Source of the DNA: Escherichia phage DT571/2
Strand: one strand, 5' to 3'
Length of the DNA stretch: 64,000 nucleotides
Sequence record: NC_047749.1
Shown here: positions 27,301 through 35,791 of the stretch, in pieces
Layout: the number at the start of each line of letters is the position of its first letter
Position numbering within the stretch: the first letter of the stretch is position 1
The notes under the pieces: model-generated
The model's input: only the letters and a program-made list of their open reading frames with translations
Database searches by the model: none
What the model was told of the DNA's origin: nothing
Program-made: the position numbers and the translations under genes

Positions 27301-27486
27301 TTACTCATATTTGAGTTTTTCAATAGCTGCATTAAGTTCTTTTAGAGCTTCACGACGTTCTACCTGACCTTGAAGTTCTTCAAGAAGTTCCGCTTTCAGA
27401 GTCTCAATAATTTTACCACGAACCTTGATATTATTAATCAGATTATCACGATCAGCTTCTAGTCGAGCAATTGCATGAGTTGTCAT
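27301..27486 (-). CDS. small coiled-coil protein
   Basis: 61-aa ORF. Confidence 0.45.
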   Translation of the reverse strand: MTTHAIARLEADRDNLINNIKVRGKIIETLKAELLEELQGQVERREALKELNAAIEKLKYE

Positions 27487-27513
27487 ATCTATTTCCTCAG
27501 TTATTAATGAAAA

Positions 27514-27586
27514 TGGTATCTGTGGCTGAATTCGATGTCAGCAATGATAGCTGGTTGGCTACCGGTTTACTTAACTCTACACAGAA
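27514..27586 (-). tRNA. tRNA-like element with non-canonical loops (possible pseudo-tRNA)
   Basis: CCA plus 6/7 acceptor pairing, but T-loop and anticodon loop are 8 nt. Confidence 0.3.
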
Positions 27587-27588
27587 TT

Positions 27589-27666
27589 TGGCGGGCCGTG
27601 TAGGATTCGAACCACCAACCCCGAAGGGCACGGATTTACAGACCGCTGCAATAGCCATTCTGCCAA
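27589..27666 (-). tRNA. tRNA-like element with Tyr-like anticodon loop CTGTAAA (degenerate)
   Basis: CCA, weak T-stem, variable-arm hairpin CCC-TTCG-GGG, no acceptor pairing found. Confidence 0.35.
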
Positions 27667-27750
27667 CGATGTATATTTAAAAGTATTCAAATACTTGTTT
27701 AAACACTTTTAAATATGTTTCCAACTTAGATAACTATTATATCTAGGTTT

Positions 27751-27792
27751 AAGGCACTGAGCAAGTCAGATTTTGAAGAATTTGCTCAGTGC
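27751..27792. other. stable hairpin (11-bp stem GCACTGAGCAA / TTGCTCAGTGC)
   Basis: read directly; lies in leader between promoter at 27868 and tRNAs. Confidence 0.6.
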
Positions 27793-27867
27793 TATATTAG
27801 TTAGTCGAACTTAGGAGTAACAATTAAAGAGAATGGGAGTTCGAAAACTTCATCAATTTATATAACT

Positions 27868-27897
27868 ATTATATCAGAAATTTAAAGCAAAAGGCAA
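27868..27897 (-). promoter_or_regulatory. T5-early-type promoter (tRNA leader)
   Basis: RC of TTGCCT-18-TATAAT with conserved leader. Confidence 0.45.
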
Positions 27898-27927
27898 GTA
27901 CTTTTTTAAAAATTCTGTTTGGAGGAG

Positions 27928-28134
27928 CTAAACTCCAGATTCTTCAGCCAAGTCTAGACTAATAAGAGTTATAGCCATAATTGCCGCACCGTGTTCTTTT
28001 TCTCCGGTGTTTTTAGCAGAGTCTATAATACCCTTAATCTGTTCGTAATAACTTTTTACTTCTTGTTCAATGCCGGCCTCGGCTATCATGCCTTTAGTCA
28101 TGAGTCGTTGCATGGTAATTTCACGGTTAGCCAT
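27928..28134 (-). CDS. hypothetical protein
   Basis: 68-aa ORF. Confidence 0.45.
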   Translation of the reverse strand: MANREITMQRLMTKGMIAEAGIEQEVKSYYEQIKGIIDSAKNTGEKEHGAAIMAITLISLDLAEESGV

Positions 28135-28309
28135 GATGTTTCTCCAGTTTCATCTTTAATAGTTTACAAATGAAGTCAATATCTTCATCCGTGCCTAGAT
28201 CTCTATCTTCAAGAGTTGCCTTGAAGTTTTTAGTCAACTCCATAAGGATGACTTCCCTAGAACGACGTGTTGGCGGAGGTGGATGTCTATACATCTTATT
28301 TCCTTAATT

Positions 28310-28384
28310 TGGTGGGTCGGAGGAGAATCTAACTCCTACTCGTTAGCTTATGAGGCCACCGCTTTAACTTTAAGCTACCGACCC
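28310..28384 (-). tRNA. tRNA-Met (anticodon CAU)
   Basis: hand fold: perfect acceptor GGGTCGG/CCGACCC, perfect T-arm, D-stem GCTT/AAGC, loop CTCATAA. Confidence 0.75.
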
Positions 28385-28390
28385 TATGTT

Positions 28391-28479
28391 TGGCGGAAGA
28401 AGCGGGAATCGAACCCACAAGGCTATATTTCAAACCGACAGATTAGCAATCTGCTGCAATACCGTTATGCTATTCTTCC
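28391..28479 (-). tRNA. tRNA-Ser (anticodon GCU), class II
   Basis: hand fold: perfect acceptor GGAAGAA/TTCTTCC, anticodon arm GCAGA-TTGCTAA-TCTGT, long variable arm. Confidence 0.7.
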
Positions 28480-28500
28480 GAATTTATAAGATATATTATA

Positions 28501-29037
28501 TTAGAAATTTAGCTTCATAGCAAGAAAATTTTTCAAGTTTTCGGTAGACATCTCATCCACATCTACAGGAGAAACAAACCCATCTAATTGTCTAGCAAAT
28601 TTTTCACCGGCAGGATCATTATCCCCAACAGCTACCAATTTAAAAGGTAGTAATTTCAATTGCTTTAACAACGCTTTTCCGGGGGAAGAACCCAACATTG
28701 CTAGGGCAGGATAACCAGCATTATGTAATGCTACAGCCTTAAATACAGATTCAGCAATCAATACTACTTTTTCATCCCCATTGAGAGTTTCTAGCCCCCA
28801 TACACACTGTGTGGTAGAATAAGTAAAATATCTAGCTTCAGAGGGGCACTTACCATGACCTTTTGGAGCAGAAGGATTATAAATCTGATAGCCTCTCAGC
28901 ATCCCAGAGAAGTCGTACAATGGGACTGTTAGCCATCCCTCCGGGCTTAACCAGCAATGATATTTATCTGTATCAAACCCTCTGGATAAGAGATGTTCTG
29001 TTAGTTCATCAACAGTCATATTAGATTCCTCTCTCAA
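28501..29037 (-). CDS. small Toprim-like domain protein
   Basis: 178 aa; LIAESVFKA and VAVGDNDPAGEKFA resemble Toprim E and DxD motifs. Confidence 0.5.
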   Translation of the reverse strand: MREESNMTVDELTEHLLSRGFDTDKYHCWLSPEGWLTVPLYDFSGMLRGYQIYNPSAPKGHGKCPSEARYFTYSTTQCVWGLETLNGDEKVVLIAESVFKAVALHNAGYPALAMLGSSPGKALLKQLKLLPFKLVAVGDNDPAGEKFARQLDGFVSPVDVDEMSTENLKNFLAMKLNF

Positions 29038-29048
29038 ATTATAAATAT

Positions 29049-29077
29049 ATTATACAGAGAATTTAGCATTCAAGCAA
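29049..29077 (-). promoter_or_regulatory. T5-early-type promoter
   Basis: RC of TTGCTT-17-TATAAT. Confidence 0.55.
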
Positions 29078-29163
29078 TTGAATTTTTAAACTTTTTAGTG
29101 GAAAATCTCAAGACATTTAATGGCAGCACGTTGTTGCTGTAATAAGAGTATATGGTTCTAAAG

Positions 29164-29206
29164 AACCAAACAATAAAGCCCTGCGCTCTCCAGGGAACGC
29201 AGGGCT
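29164..29206 (-). terminator. rho-independent terminator
   Basis: 9-bp GC-rich stem AGCCCTGCG/CGCAGGGCT followed on the minus strand by a U-rich tract. Confidence 0.65.
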
Positions 29207-29230
29207 TACTTCAGAGATTACATGCGGGTG

Positions 29231-30178
29231 TTATTTGTTACGCATGTCCATGATCATCTGGCCATCGTAACCAGTTCCCACAACTGTTTGCGGTACACCA
29301 CCTTGATACTTCTGAGCACGAATCATTTCAACTTCTAGTTGTTTCCAACGAATCATCTCAGGAGTAATGGTACGTTGCAGAGCGGCGTTAGCCTCAGCTT
29401 CTTTCTTAGCTGCGTACAGTTTAGCATCTGCATCACGTTCGTTTGCAATAGCTTGGTTGTTACGAGCTTCACGATCTGCTTCTGCTTGTTTAACCTTCTG
29501 CTGTGCTTCTTGTTCAACACGAGCCAACTCAGCTTTCGCAGCATTAACTTGTTCTTCACGAACTTTGGTATTCTGTACCTGTTCCATGATTACAGGCGGC
29601 AAAGTAATATCCTGAAGGAACACTTGCTTAACTGTGTAACCATAAGGGCGTGCATACTCTTCAACTTCCTGTTGAATTGCAGTTTGTAATTGAGCCTGAA
29701 TTTTAGCATCAAACAAATCTTGTGCTTTAGGAACAGACTTGCCGAACTCACGAATAGTAGACAGTAATTTTTCAGTTACATATTTGTCTAACGCTTGATC
29801 CTGAGTACCTGCATTAATACGGTTAATCGGTGCCTTAGAACCATCAAATTGTAACATAACAGTCAGGTCAACAGTGGATTTAAACTTATCCTGACTAGGA
29901 ACCTGAAGTTTATCTAATTTTACAGCAATATCTTTTGTACTAAAAGTATCGAAAGATGCAAAGGGGTTTACAAGATGGAAGCCAGGTAATACTGGGTTAG
30001 GATCTACTTTACCAAGAAATGTTTGGGTTTTAACCGTACCATCGGAAACAATAGTATATGAATTAAAAGCTAGGATTAAACCTGCTAAACCAACTACAGC
30101 ACCAATACCCCAACGTTTAATAGTGCGCATTACTTTTTGCTCAGAAGTCAGTTCTTTCATATTTTTAGTATTAAACAT
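29231..30178 (-). CDS. SPFH/band-7 (HflC/prohibitin-like) membrane protein
   Basis: 315 aa; N-terminal TM helix, SPFH-like core, Ala/Glu/Lys-rich coiled-coil tail. Confidence 0.7.
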   Translation of the reverse strand: MFNTKNMKELTSEQKVMRTIKRWGIGAVVGLAGLILAFNSYTIVSDGTVKTQTFLGKVDPNPVLPGFHLVNPFASFDTFSTKDIAVKLDKLQVPSQDKFKSTVDLTVMLQFDGSKAPINRINAGTQDQALDKYVTEKLLSTIREFGKSVPKAQDLFDAKIQAQLQTAIQQEVEEYARPYGYTVKQVFLQDITLPPVIMEQVQNTKVREEQVNAAKAELARVEQEAQQKVKQAEADREARNNQAIANERDADAKLYAAKKEAEANAALQRTITPEMIRWKQLEVEMIRAQKYQGGVPQTVVGTGYDGQMIMDMRNK

Positions 30179-30212
30179 GTATTTCCTTTGTTTTAGTTAC
30201 AGTTAATAAAAT

Positions 30213-30287
30213 TGGCCGAGGTGACAGGATTCGAACCTGCATAAAGGAATTTAGAAGACTCCTGCCTCTCCCTTAGACTACACCCCG
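30213..30287 (-). tRNA. tRNA-Arg (anticodon UCU)
   Basis: hand fold: CCA, acceptor with one G-U, T-arm, anticodon arm GGAGT-CTTCTAA-ATTCC. Confidence 0.65.
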
Positions 30288-30788
30288 TTTAAGTATTTTT
30301 AAGAACTCTCGTAAAAACTCTTAAAAATACAGACGATACCGGGAGAGTCATAAGTCTCACTCATTAAGTATTTCAAGACAAAATACAGTAACGTCTATTA
30401 TTTTCCAGTTTAAGTCAAGGTGACTTAGTGGTTATGCCCTGCGGTATACTGAGGACTCGGTTAGGCTAGGGTCATGACTCCCCGCTTTTTGCTGCTACTC
30501 AACAGGAATTATCGCGAATTACCTGTGCTATTGTGCACCATTAGTGGCATCTCTCATGCCAGCATTTCCCACTTTGTGGATAGTTTGAAAAACTACTCCG
30601 ATATGGAGGGAGAACTTCACTATCCTAGAATACCTTCTAAAGTTCTTCTTTAGCCTGGACATAGTTAAATCGTAATAAAACTATTCAGCAGACTGGTTGG
30701 TTAGCCTGGAACCAACTACCGCGTGGTTTAGGCAGTGCGCAACTAACCTCGGAAGCTTTTACGTTAAAAGCACCAGTTATCCAGTTCT

Positions 30789-30860
30789 TACCGATCGTAG
30801 GATTCGAACCTACATCTTCCACCAGTTACGGCTTGATAATACCGTTTATACTAGATCGGC
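30789..30860 (-). tRNA. tRNA, CCA not encoded, anticodon undetermined
   Basis: perfect T-arm GTAGG/TTCGAAT/CCTAC and 7-bp acceptor with one G-U. Confidence 0.5.
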
Positions 30861-30935
30861 AGTGTTACTACATAAGTGATTTCCACACCCCACTATCAAT
30901 AAATTAGGGAAGAATTACTCTCTAATTTATGAATA

Positions 30936-30964
30936 TATTATACAGAATATATAAGCATTTAGCA
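30936..30964 (-). promoter_or_regulatory. T5-early-type promoter (leads into tRNA at 30789)
   Basis: RC of TTGCTA-17-TATAAT. Confidence 0.55.
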
Positions 30965-30973
30965 AATGAATTT

Positions 30974-31408
30974 TTAGAAAAATTCACTAGCAATCAGAGC
31001 GGCTGTTTTACCATCATAACGCCCTGGAAACTCTGCCTTAACAGTTTTCATTAAGAGAGCTTTGGTAATACCTGGGTTTAGCTTAACCAATTCTGCAAAA
31101 TATTTACGAATTTCAGTTTCAGTCAGTTGACTTGGCTGATACTCTTGCAGCATGAAATAAAGCAGTTGCTCGTAGTCTACATCAGTAGGAACTTTCGTAC
31201 CAACTTTAATAGCACGCTGCTTTGCAGTTTCTAGAGCTTTAATCTGGGCTTTCAGATAAGCTACGAACTCGGTTCGAGTAACAACGTCTTTATTAATGCG
31301 TTGCAAGTCACCAATCATAGTCTGGAGATTGATTGCCCGCTCTTTGTCACCGTGGATACGTGCTAGACTAAGCAGTCCACGAAGGGTCATTAGAATATTT
31401 TCACCCAT
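30974..31408 (-). CDS. hypothetical protein
   Basis: 144-aa ORF. Confidence 0.55.
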   Translation of the reverse strand: MGENILMTLRGLLSLARIHGDKERAINLQTMIGDLQRINKDVVTRTEFVAYLKAQIKALETAKQRAIKVGTKVPTDVDYEQLLYFMLQEYQPSQLTETEIRKYFAELVKLNPGITKALLMKTVKAEFPGRYDGKTAALIASEFF

Positions 31409-31578
31409 TATTTCATCCCCAATGCTTGGTTGAAAGATTGTTCTGTCATAACTGCTGAGACTTTGGCGAAATCAAACTTTTTAGGGTTCGTAGTGATCTC
31501 AGCAACGTTGGAAGTTTTAACAGTTTTCGTAGTACGAATACCGCGAGTGTTAACACCAATAATTACAACTGATTTCAT
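31408..31578 (-). CDS. small hypothetical protein (56 aa, not in ORF track)
   Basis: manual translation MKSVVIIGVNTRGIRTT...; GAGAGG SD; TAATG overlap with downstream gene. Confidence 0.45.
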   Translation of the reverse strand: MKSVVIIGVNTRGIRTTKTVKTSNVAEITTNPKKFDFAKVSAVMTEQSFNQALGMK

Positions 31579-31609
31579 ATTTCGCTTCCTCTCATTAATT
31601 TATGAAAGT

Positions 31610-31638
31610 ATTATACAGAAGTTTAAGTATTTAAGCAA
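31610..31638 (-). promoter_or_regulatory. T5-early-type promoter
   Basis: RC of TTGCTT-17-TATAAT. Confidence 0.55.
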
Positions 31639-31646
31639 ATAAATTT

Positions 31647-32096
31647 TTAAGTTTTAGTGACAGCAGGCTTATAAAATGTATGTCCCTTAATCTTGGTTGT
31701 TTTCTTAAACTTCTTTGTCCAGTATGGTTTATCTTTACCACTATGGAAGTATAAGGCCCCATGTGTAGGATCTTGTGGTAAATCAACGTAGTATATCACT
31801 CTAGCTAAATTCTTGGCGGTTTGCCAAGCCTCATCGGTTTTATCAACTTTTGGTCTCTTAGATACCCAAGAGAACTGGTTAGACTGATATACTACTTTAC
31901 AGTAGGAATCTGGGAATTTACCGGAGTTTACACGGTTTTTAGTAACGTGTGCAATCGCCGTCATTCCCTTTATGCCCTCACCACGACTTTCGAAATAGAT
32001 ATTTTTAGCAATGCAATCTATTTCTTTTGCATCGTGCGATGCTTGACTACTAAAGCTGAAGGTAAGGGCAGCTACTAAAAGCAAAGCTGCCTTCAT
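31647..32096 (-). CDS. secreted cell-wall hydrolase (SleB/CwlJ-like)
   Basis: 149 aa; signal peptide; NIYFESRGE and VTKNR motifs. Confidence 0.6.
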   Translation of the reverse strand: MKAALLLVAALTFSFSSQASHDAKEIDCIAKNIYFESRGEGIKGMTAIAHVTKNRVNSGKFPDSYCKVVYQSNQFSWVSKRPKVDKTDEAWQTAKNLARVIYYVDLPQDPTHGALYFHSGKDKPYWTKKFKKTTKIKGHTFYKPAVTKT

Positions 32097-32102
32097 TCTT
32101 TT

Positions 32103-32420
32103 TTACTCCTGCCAATCGTATTCAATACGATTGGGGTTTTCTTTGTATCCCAAGTCAAGCAAATCATTACGCATAGTTTGCTTAGCTACGGGATTCGAGG
32201 TTACTAGTACCACTTTCTTTGGTCTCTGCCCAAATTCTAAGAGTAAACGAAGAATTTGATAACCTTCCATACCATCTACAGCCAAATCGTTGTCGAAATA
32301 AACAAAATGGCCAGTGGTATCAGTCTTATTCAGAAACTCAACAGCGGCTTCTGGGGTTCGAATGATAATGTCCATTCCGTGAAGATTACGCACATCATCA
32401 ATCAAAATATGAAAAGTCAT
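32103..32420 (-). CDS. hypothetical protein
   Basis: 105-aa ORF. Confidence 0.55.
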   Translation of the reverse strand: MTFHILIDDVRNLHGMDIIIRTPEAAVEFLNKTDTTGHFVYFDNDLAVDGMEGYQILRLLLEFGQRPKKVVLVTSNPVAKQTMRNDLLDLGYKENPNRIEYDWQE

Positions 32421-32450
32421 AATAGCCTCGTTTCATCAATTTAAAAATAT

Positions 32451-32479
32451 ATTATACAGAGAACTTAATAAATTAGCAA
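32451..32479 (-). promoter_or_regulatory. T5-early-type promoter
   Basis: RC of TTGCTA-17-TATAAT. Confidence 0.55.
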
Positions 32480-32862
32480 ATACATTTTTAAATTGTGAAA
32501 CTAGTAAACCGATAAACAGCCTAGGGGCGCCACAGGCCATATCTTACGAGCCATGTACCTTTGATCTAGGGTTTGAATCATCAACGAATACTTTGCATCT
32601 TTTAGCTTTAGAAGTTTAGAAGTTTGAGTTCTTTAAACTTTTCAGCTTTCATACTTAAATGTTGATCTTTGAAGTTGTGTCGGTAATATCAACGACTCTT
32701 TGTTTTTACGTGTCAGATTAAATGTCCGATGTAATAAACATAATCTCCAATAGATTATACTTTATAGTATGGTCAGCGGTCTTATTTAACCTCGTATTTC
32801 AACCGCTGCTGCGAGGTAAGATGCTTGGGCTTTCGTCTACCGATTTACTAGCTTTTAAATTA

Positions 32863-33501
32863 TTACTCTACTTCAATGAAAGTAGAGGCGTTAGACTCGG
32901 ACAGAACAAAGTCAACATTAGTTGCAAAGTCCTGATATTCCTCGTCATGTTGTTTAATCAGCTTCTCCAGTTCCAGCGGATCAATCAAGAATGGGGTATT
33001 CTTGAGTTCCAACAGGTTGAGCTGCATTTTAACTTCATCTTCGGAAGTTTTCTTATCGCGGGTAGCCATGCTATCCTGCAAACGCTCATATTTAGCATCA
33101 AACTGTGCTTTCTGCGTATTAAACTTAACCGTAGCGGCATGGAACTGCTTACGCATATTAGCCAGCAACTGAGCTTTAAGCTCCATAGAACGCTTAGCTT
33201 CAATTGCTTCTGCAACAGTCATTTTACGAGAGCCAATCTCAACGATTGTTTCCGCATTGCTCTTAATCAATGCTGCTTTGATACGATCACGCTGGGACAT
33301 CATATCCAGCAGAGACTGGAAATCTGTCTTAATACGATTAGACAGATCTTCTACTTCGATTGCAGCGCCAACTACAACCTTATTTTTATCCTTACCTTCA
33401 CCAACAGCGATCAGAAGCTGTTGTTCAGTAGCTTTACGGATTTTAGCTTCCAGAGATTTGATGGTTGCCAGAGCACGAGTTTTAGAGATACGAGCGGGCA
33501 T
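32863..33501 (-). CDS. hypothetical coiled-coil protein
   Basis: 212-aa hydrophilic ORF on the strand shared with neighbours. Confidence 0.6.
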   Translation of the reverse strand: MPARISKTRALATIKSLEAKIRKATEQQLLIAVGEGKDKNKVVVGAAIEVEDLSNRIKTDFQSLLDMMSQRDRIKAALIKSNAETIVEIGSRKMTVAEAIEAKRSMELKAQLLANMRKQFHAATVKFNTQKAQFDAKYERLQDSMATRDKKTSEDEVKMQLNLLELKNTPFLIDPLELEKLIKQHDEEYQDFATNVDFVLSESNASTFIEVE

Positions 33502-33553
33502 TGTTTATTCCTTACATGAAGTTTAAGATTTGAATTTGTTTAAAGTTGGTCTA

Positions 33554-33736
33554 TTACAGACCCATTGCCAGTAAGGTACGCAGAACAGTATCTTTACTGT
33601 TATCAATTTTAGGATTAACACGATTTAGCAGATCAAAGATTTTCTGGACACCTGATTGACGTTCAGCCATACGACGGATACCCAGATTACGAGTAGCTTT
33701 CTTACCATTTTTACGGACATTTTTAGATACTGGCAT
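33554..33736 (-). CDS. small basic protein
   Basis: 60-aa ORF rich in Lys/Arg. Confidence 0.5.
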   Translation of the reverse strand: MPVSKNVRKNGKKATRNLGIRRMAERQSGVQKIFDLLNRVNPKIDNSKDTVLRTLLAMGL

Positions 33737-33763
33737 ATTTGTTTTCCTTTTGTTGTTTTCTCA

Positions 33764-33815
33764 AATTTATGAATATATTATACAGAATTTATGAATATAT
33801 TATACAGAATTTTGG
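33764..33815. repeat. 26-bp tandem duplication (ATTTATGAATATATTATACAGAATTT x2)
   Basis: read directly; duplicates the -10/leader part of the promoter. Confidence 0.85.
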
Positions 33816-33827
33816 AGCCGGAAGCAA
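33799..33827 (-). promoter_or_regulatory. T5-early-type promoter
   Basis: RC of TTGCTT-17-TATAAT. Confidence 0.55.
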
Positions 33828-33828
33828 A

Positions 33829-34530
33829 TCAAATTTTCATTTTTTCGATCATAGCTGCAACACAATAGCTCTCAACTAAGGCATCGAATGCTGGGTCGTG
33901 CTTAACCGGATATATCCCGTAACGAATGGTGTCCATCTTCTCCATCTTGGCTTTTGCCCAGCTAATACCTTCGGTCTCTAGAGCCTTATAACTGTATCCA
34001 GCTTGCATCCAGAGATTACGAAGAGATCGAACATTACCCAAATTCCAGAATTTCCACGGAACTATTTCTTCATTGGTTCCAGCATGGAAAGTGTTTGCAG
34101 AGTAGATAGTCATATCAAACTCTGGGCCATTGCCGTAATATAAAGCATTTTCGCCTAGAGCCAACTCCATAATATTTTGGGTCATAGAGAAGGCAGCATG
34201 GTTAGAGCCGAGCTTATTAGTACAGTGATGTTTACCATCTCGAAAAGCAATCAGCTTTGGATTATGCTCATTCATAGCTTCCATAATGTGGAGAGCAGAC
34301 GGACTATTTTTAGCTTGATCCATCCAGAATGCTAGAGTAGATGCCGTAACTTTAGCTCCAGAATTAAGCTGGTCTTGCACATCCAAAGTAACAAACACTA
34401 GATCAGGGTCTTTATCAATTCCATGCATAGCCACAAAAGCGAAGGAAGGCATTGCGATATGAGTAGTACCACAATCTCCTGGAGTTCCTAGAGATTCAAT
34501 ATCTAACATACCAAATGGTTTTACTTTCAT
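33829..34530 (-). CDS. putative DnaQ-like 3'-5' exonuclease
   Basis: 233 aa; N-terminal Exo I-like motif MLDIESLG. Confidence 0.5.
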   Translation of the reverse strand: MKVKPFGMLDIESLGTPGDCGTTHIAMPSFAFVAMHGIDKDPDLVFVTLDVQDQLNSGAKVTASTLAFWMDQAKNSPSALHIMEAMNEHNPKLIAFRDGKHHCTNKLGSNHAAFSMTQNIMELALGENALYYGNGPEFDMTIYSANTFHAGTNEEIVPWKFWNLGNVRSLRNLWMQAGYSYKALETEGISWAKAKMEKMDTIRYGIYPVKHDPAFDALVESYCVAAMIEKMKI

Positions 34531-34558
34531 AACTTATCCTTTATTGTGTAGAAAACTA

Positions 34559-34795
34559 TTAAAGAGCTGTCTCTTTAATAGACTCCCACTTCTTGGGGTC
34601 TTTAAAACCAGGAAGCATATCTTCACTAACATCCCAGTTTTCTTCCGTAGAAAAGTCTGGCCATTCATTCCAGTTACCTTCCAGCTCTTCATACCAGGTA
34701 TCCATTACCTCGCGATTAGAAAGTCGTGTATAGTCTCTAGCGGACTTATGAGTGCTAGCACGGTTAAAATCATTCTTTGCTACAAAATTACGCAT
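34559..34795 (-). CDS. hypothetical protein
   Basis: 78-aa ORF. Confidence 0.5.
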   Translation of the reverse strand: MRNFVAKNDFNRASTHKSARDYTRLSNREVMDTWYEELEGNWNEWPDFSTEENWDVSEDMLPGFKDPKKWESIKETAL

Positions 34796-34837
34796 AGTTT
34801 CTCCAAAAATATGAGGGGCTTTCGCCCCTCTTATCTA

Positions 34838-35353
34838 TTACTTCGCTTTACGTTTACGAGCTGGTTTAGCAGATTTACGAGCAGAATCACCCGTAAATTT
34901 AATACCCACACCATAGCACAGAGCACGAACGTTATCTTTGCTATATTCTACGCCGAAGATATTTGGCTTAACAGAACCAAACTGGCCACGAGTATCACGC
35001 AGTACATCTGCCGTTGGTTTACGCTTCTGGTTAACTGCTTTTTCGTAATCTTTCATGGCCATGCCATTACGAGGGAACAATTCAGCTCCAGCATTGAAAC
35101 TCAGTGTTACTGGAACAGATTTGTGACCGTAACCCTGTACATAGGTTACGAGGCGGACTACAGAACGAGTAGCATTCTTAGCCTTCGGCTTTTGACGAAT
35201 CGGAGCCGGACGATTCAGTGCCTGTGCAGCTTGAGCATCAGTAGGATGCTTGCGCAGGTGGCGTTCCAGACGAGCTTTGCGGTTAGCCTCAGTCTGTGGG
35301 AAAGTTTTAACTGCCGGAGCTGCTTGAGTTTTTGCGTTTTTCTGCTTAGCCAT
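34838..35353 (-). CDS. basic hypothetical protein
   Basis: 171 aa, Lys/Arg-rich termini. Confidence 0.55.
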   Translation of the reverse strand: MAKQKNAKTQAAPAVKTFPQTEANRKARLERHLRKHPTDAQAAQALNRPAPIRQKPKAKNATRSVVRLVTYVQGYGHKSVPVTLSFNAGAELFPRNGMAMKDYEKAVNQKRKPTADVLRDTRGQFGSVKPNIFGVEYSKDNVRALCYGVGIKFTGDSARKSAKPARKRKAK

Positions 35354-35391
35354 TATTTGTTTTCCTTTTTGTTTATCAATTTATGAAGTAT

Positions 35392-35420
35392 ATTATACGA
35401 GAATTTGAAGCGTTCAGCAA
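35392..35420 (-). promoter_or_regulatory. T5-early-type promoter
   Basis: RC of TTGCTG-17-TATAAT. Confidence 0.5.
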
Positions 35421-35436
35421 ATGAATTTTTTAAAAA

Positions 35437-35715
35437 TTATCTGCCAACCATCTTAGCTTGTTCGGCATCTGAGACATATTGATACGCTCCTTTATTATAC
35501 GCTGGAGCAGTACACATTTTCTTACGCTCAATCTCTTCTTGAGCTTTTCTTTCGCGTTCAGCTAATTCTTCATCCAGATAAACTAAACGTTGTTCTGGAG
35601 GAGGTGGAAGACGTGTTTCTGGCTCACCAATATTAGCCTTTCTTATTTGACGAGGTGATTGTGCACGTTTTCTCAACGGTTTAAATCCTAATGAATTTGA
35701 GTTATAAATTCGCAT
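35437..35715 (-). CDS. hypothetical protein
   Basis: 92-aa ORF. Confidence 0.5.
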   Translation of the reverse strand: MRIYNSNSLGFKPLRKRAQSPRQIRKANIGEPETRLPPPPEQRLVYLDEELAERERKAQEEIERKKMCTAPAYNKGAYQYVSDAEQAKMVGR

Positions 35716-35742
35716 AAAGCCCTCCTCACTTTCAATACGAAT

Positions 35743-35771
35743 ATTATACTAAATTAGAGGGCTTTAAGCAA
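35743..35771 (-). promoter_or_regulatory. T5-early-type promoter
   Basis: RC of TTGCTT-17-TATAAT. Confidence 0.55.
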
Positions 35772-35791
35772 CTGAATTTTTAAATTATTTA

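Noticed and set aside
31430-31642. 70-aa plus-strand ORF
   Set aside because: Antisense to the manually found leftward gene 31408..31578, which has an RBS and operon context.
32722-33519. 265-aa plus-strand ORF
   Set aside because: Antisense to the better 212-aa ORF 32863..33501; Leu/Phe/Cys-rich junk-like composition; all neighbours are leftward.
34544-35386. 280-aa plus-strand ORF
   Set aside because: Antisense shadow of 34559..34795 and 34838..35353; low-complexity composition.
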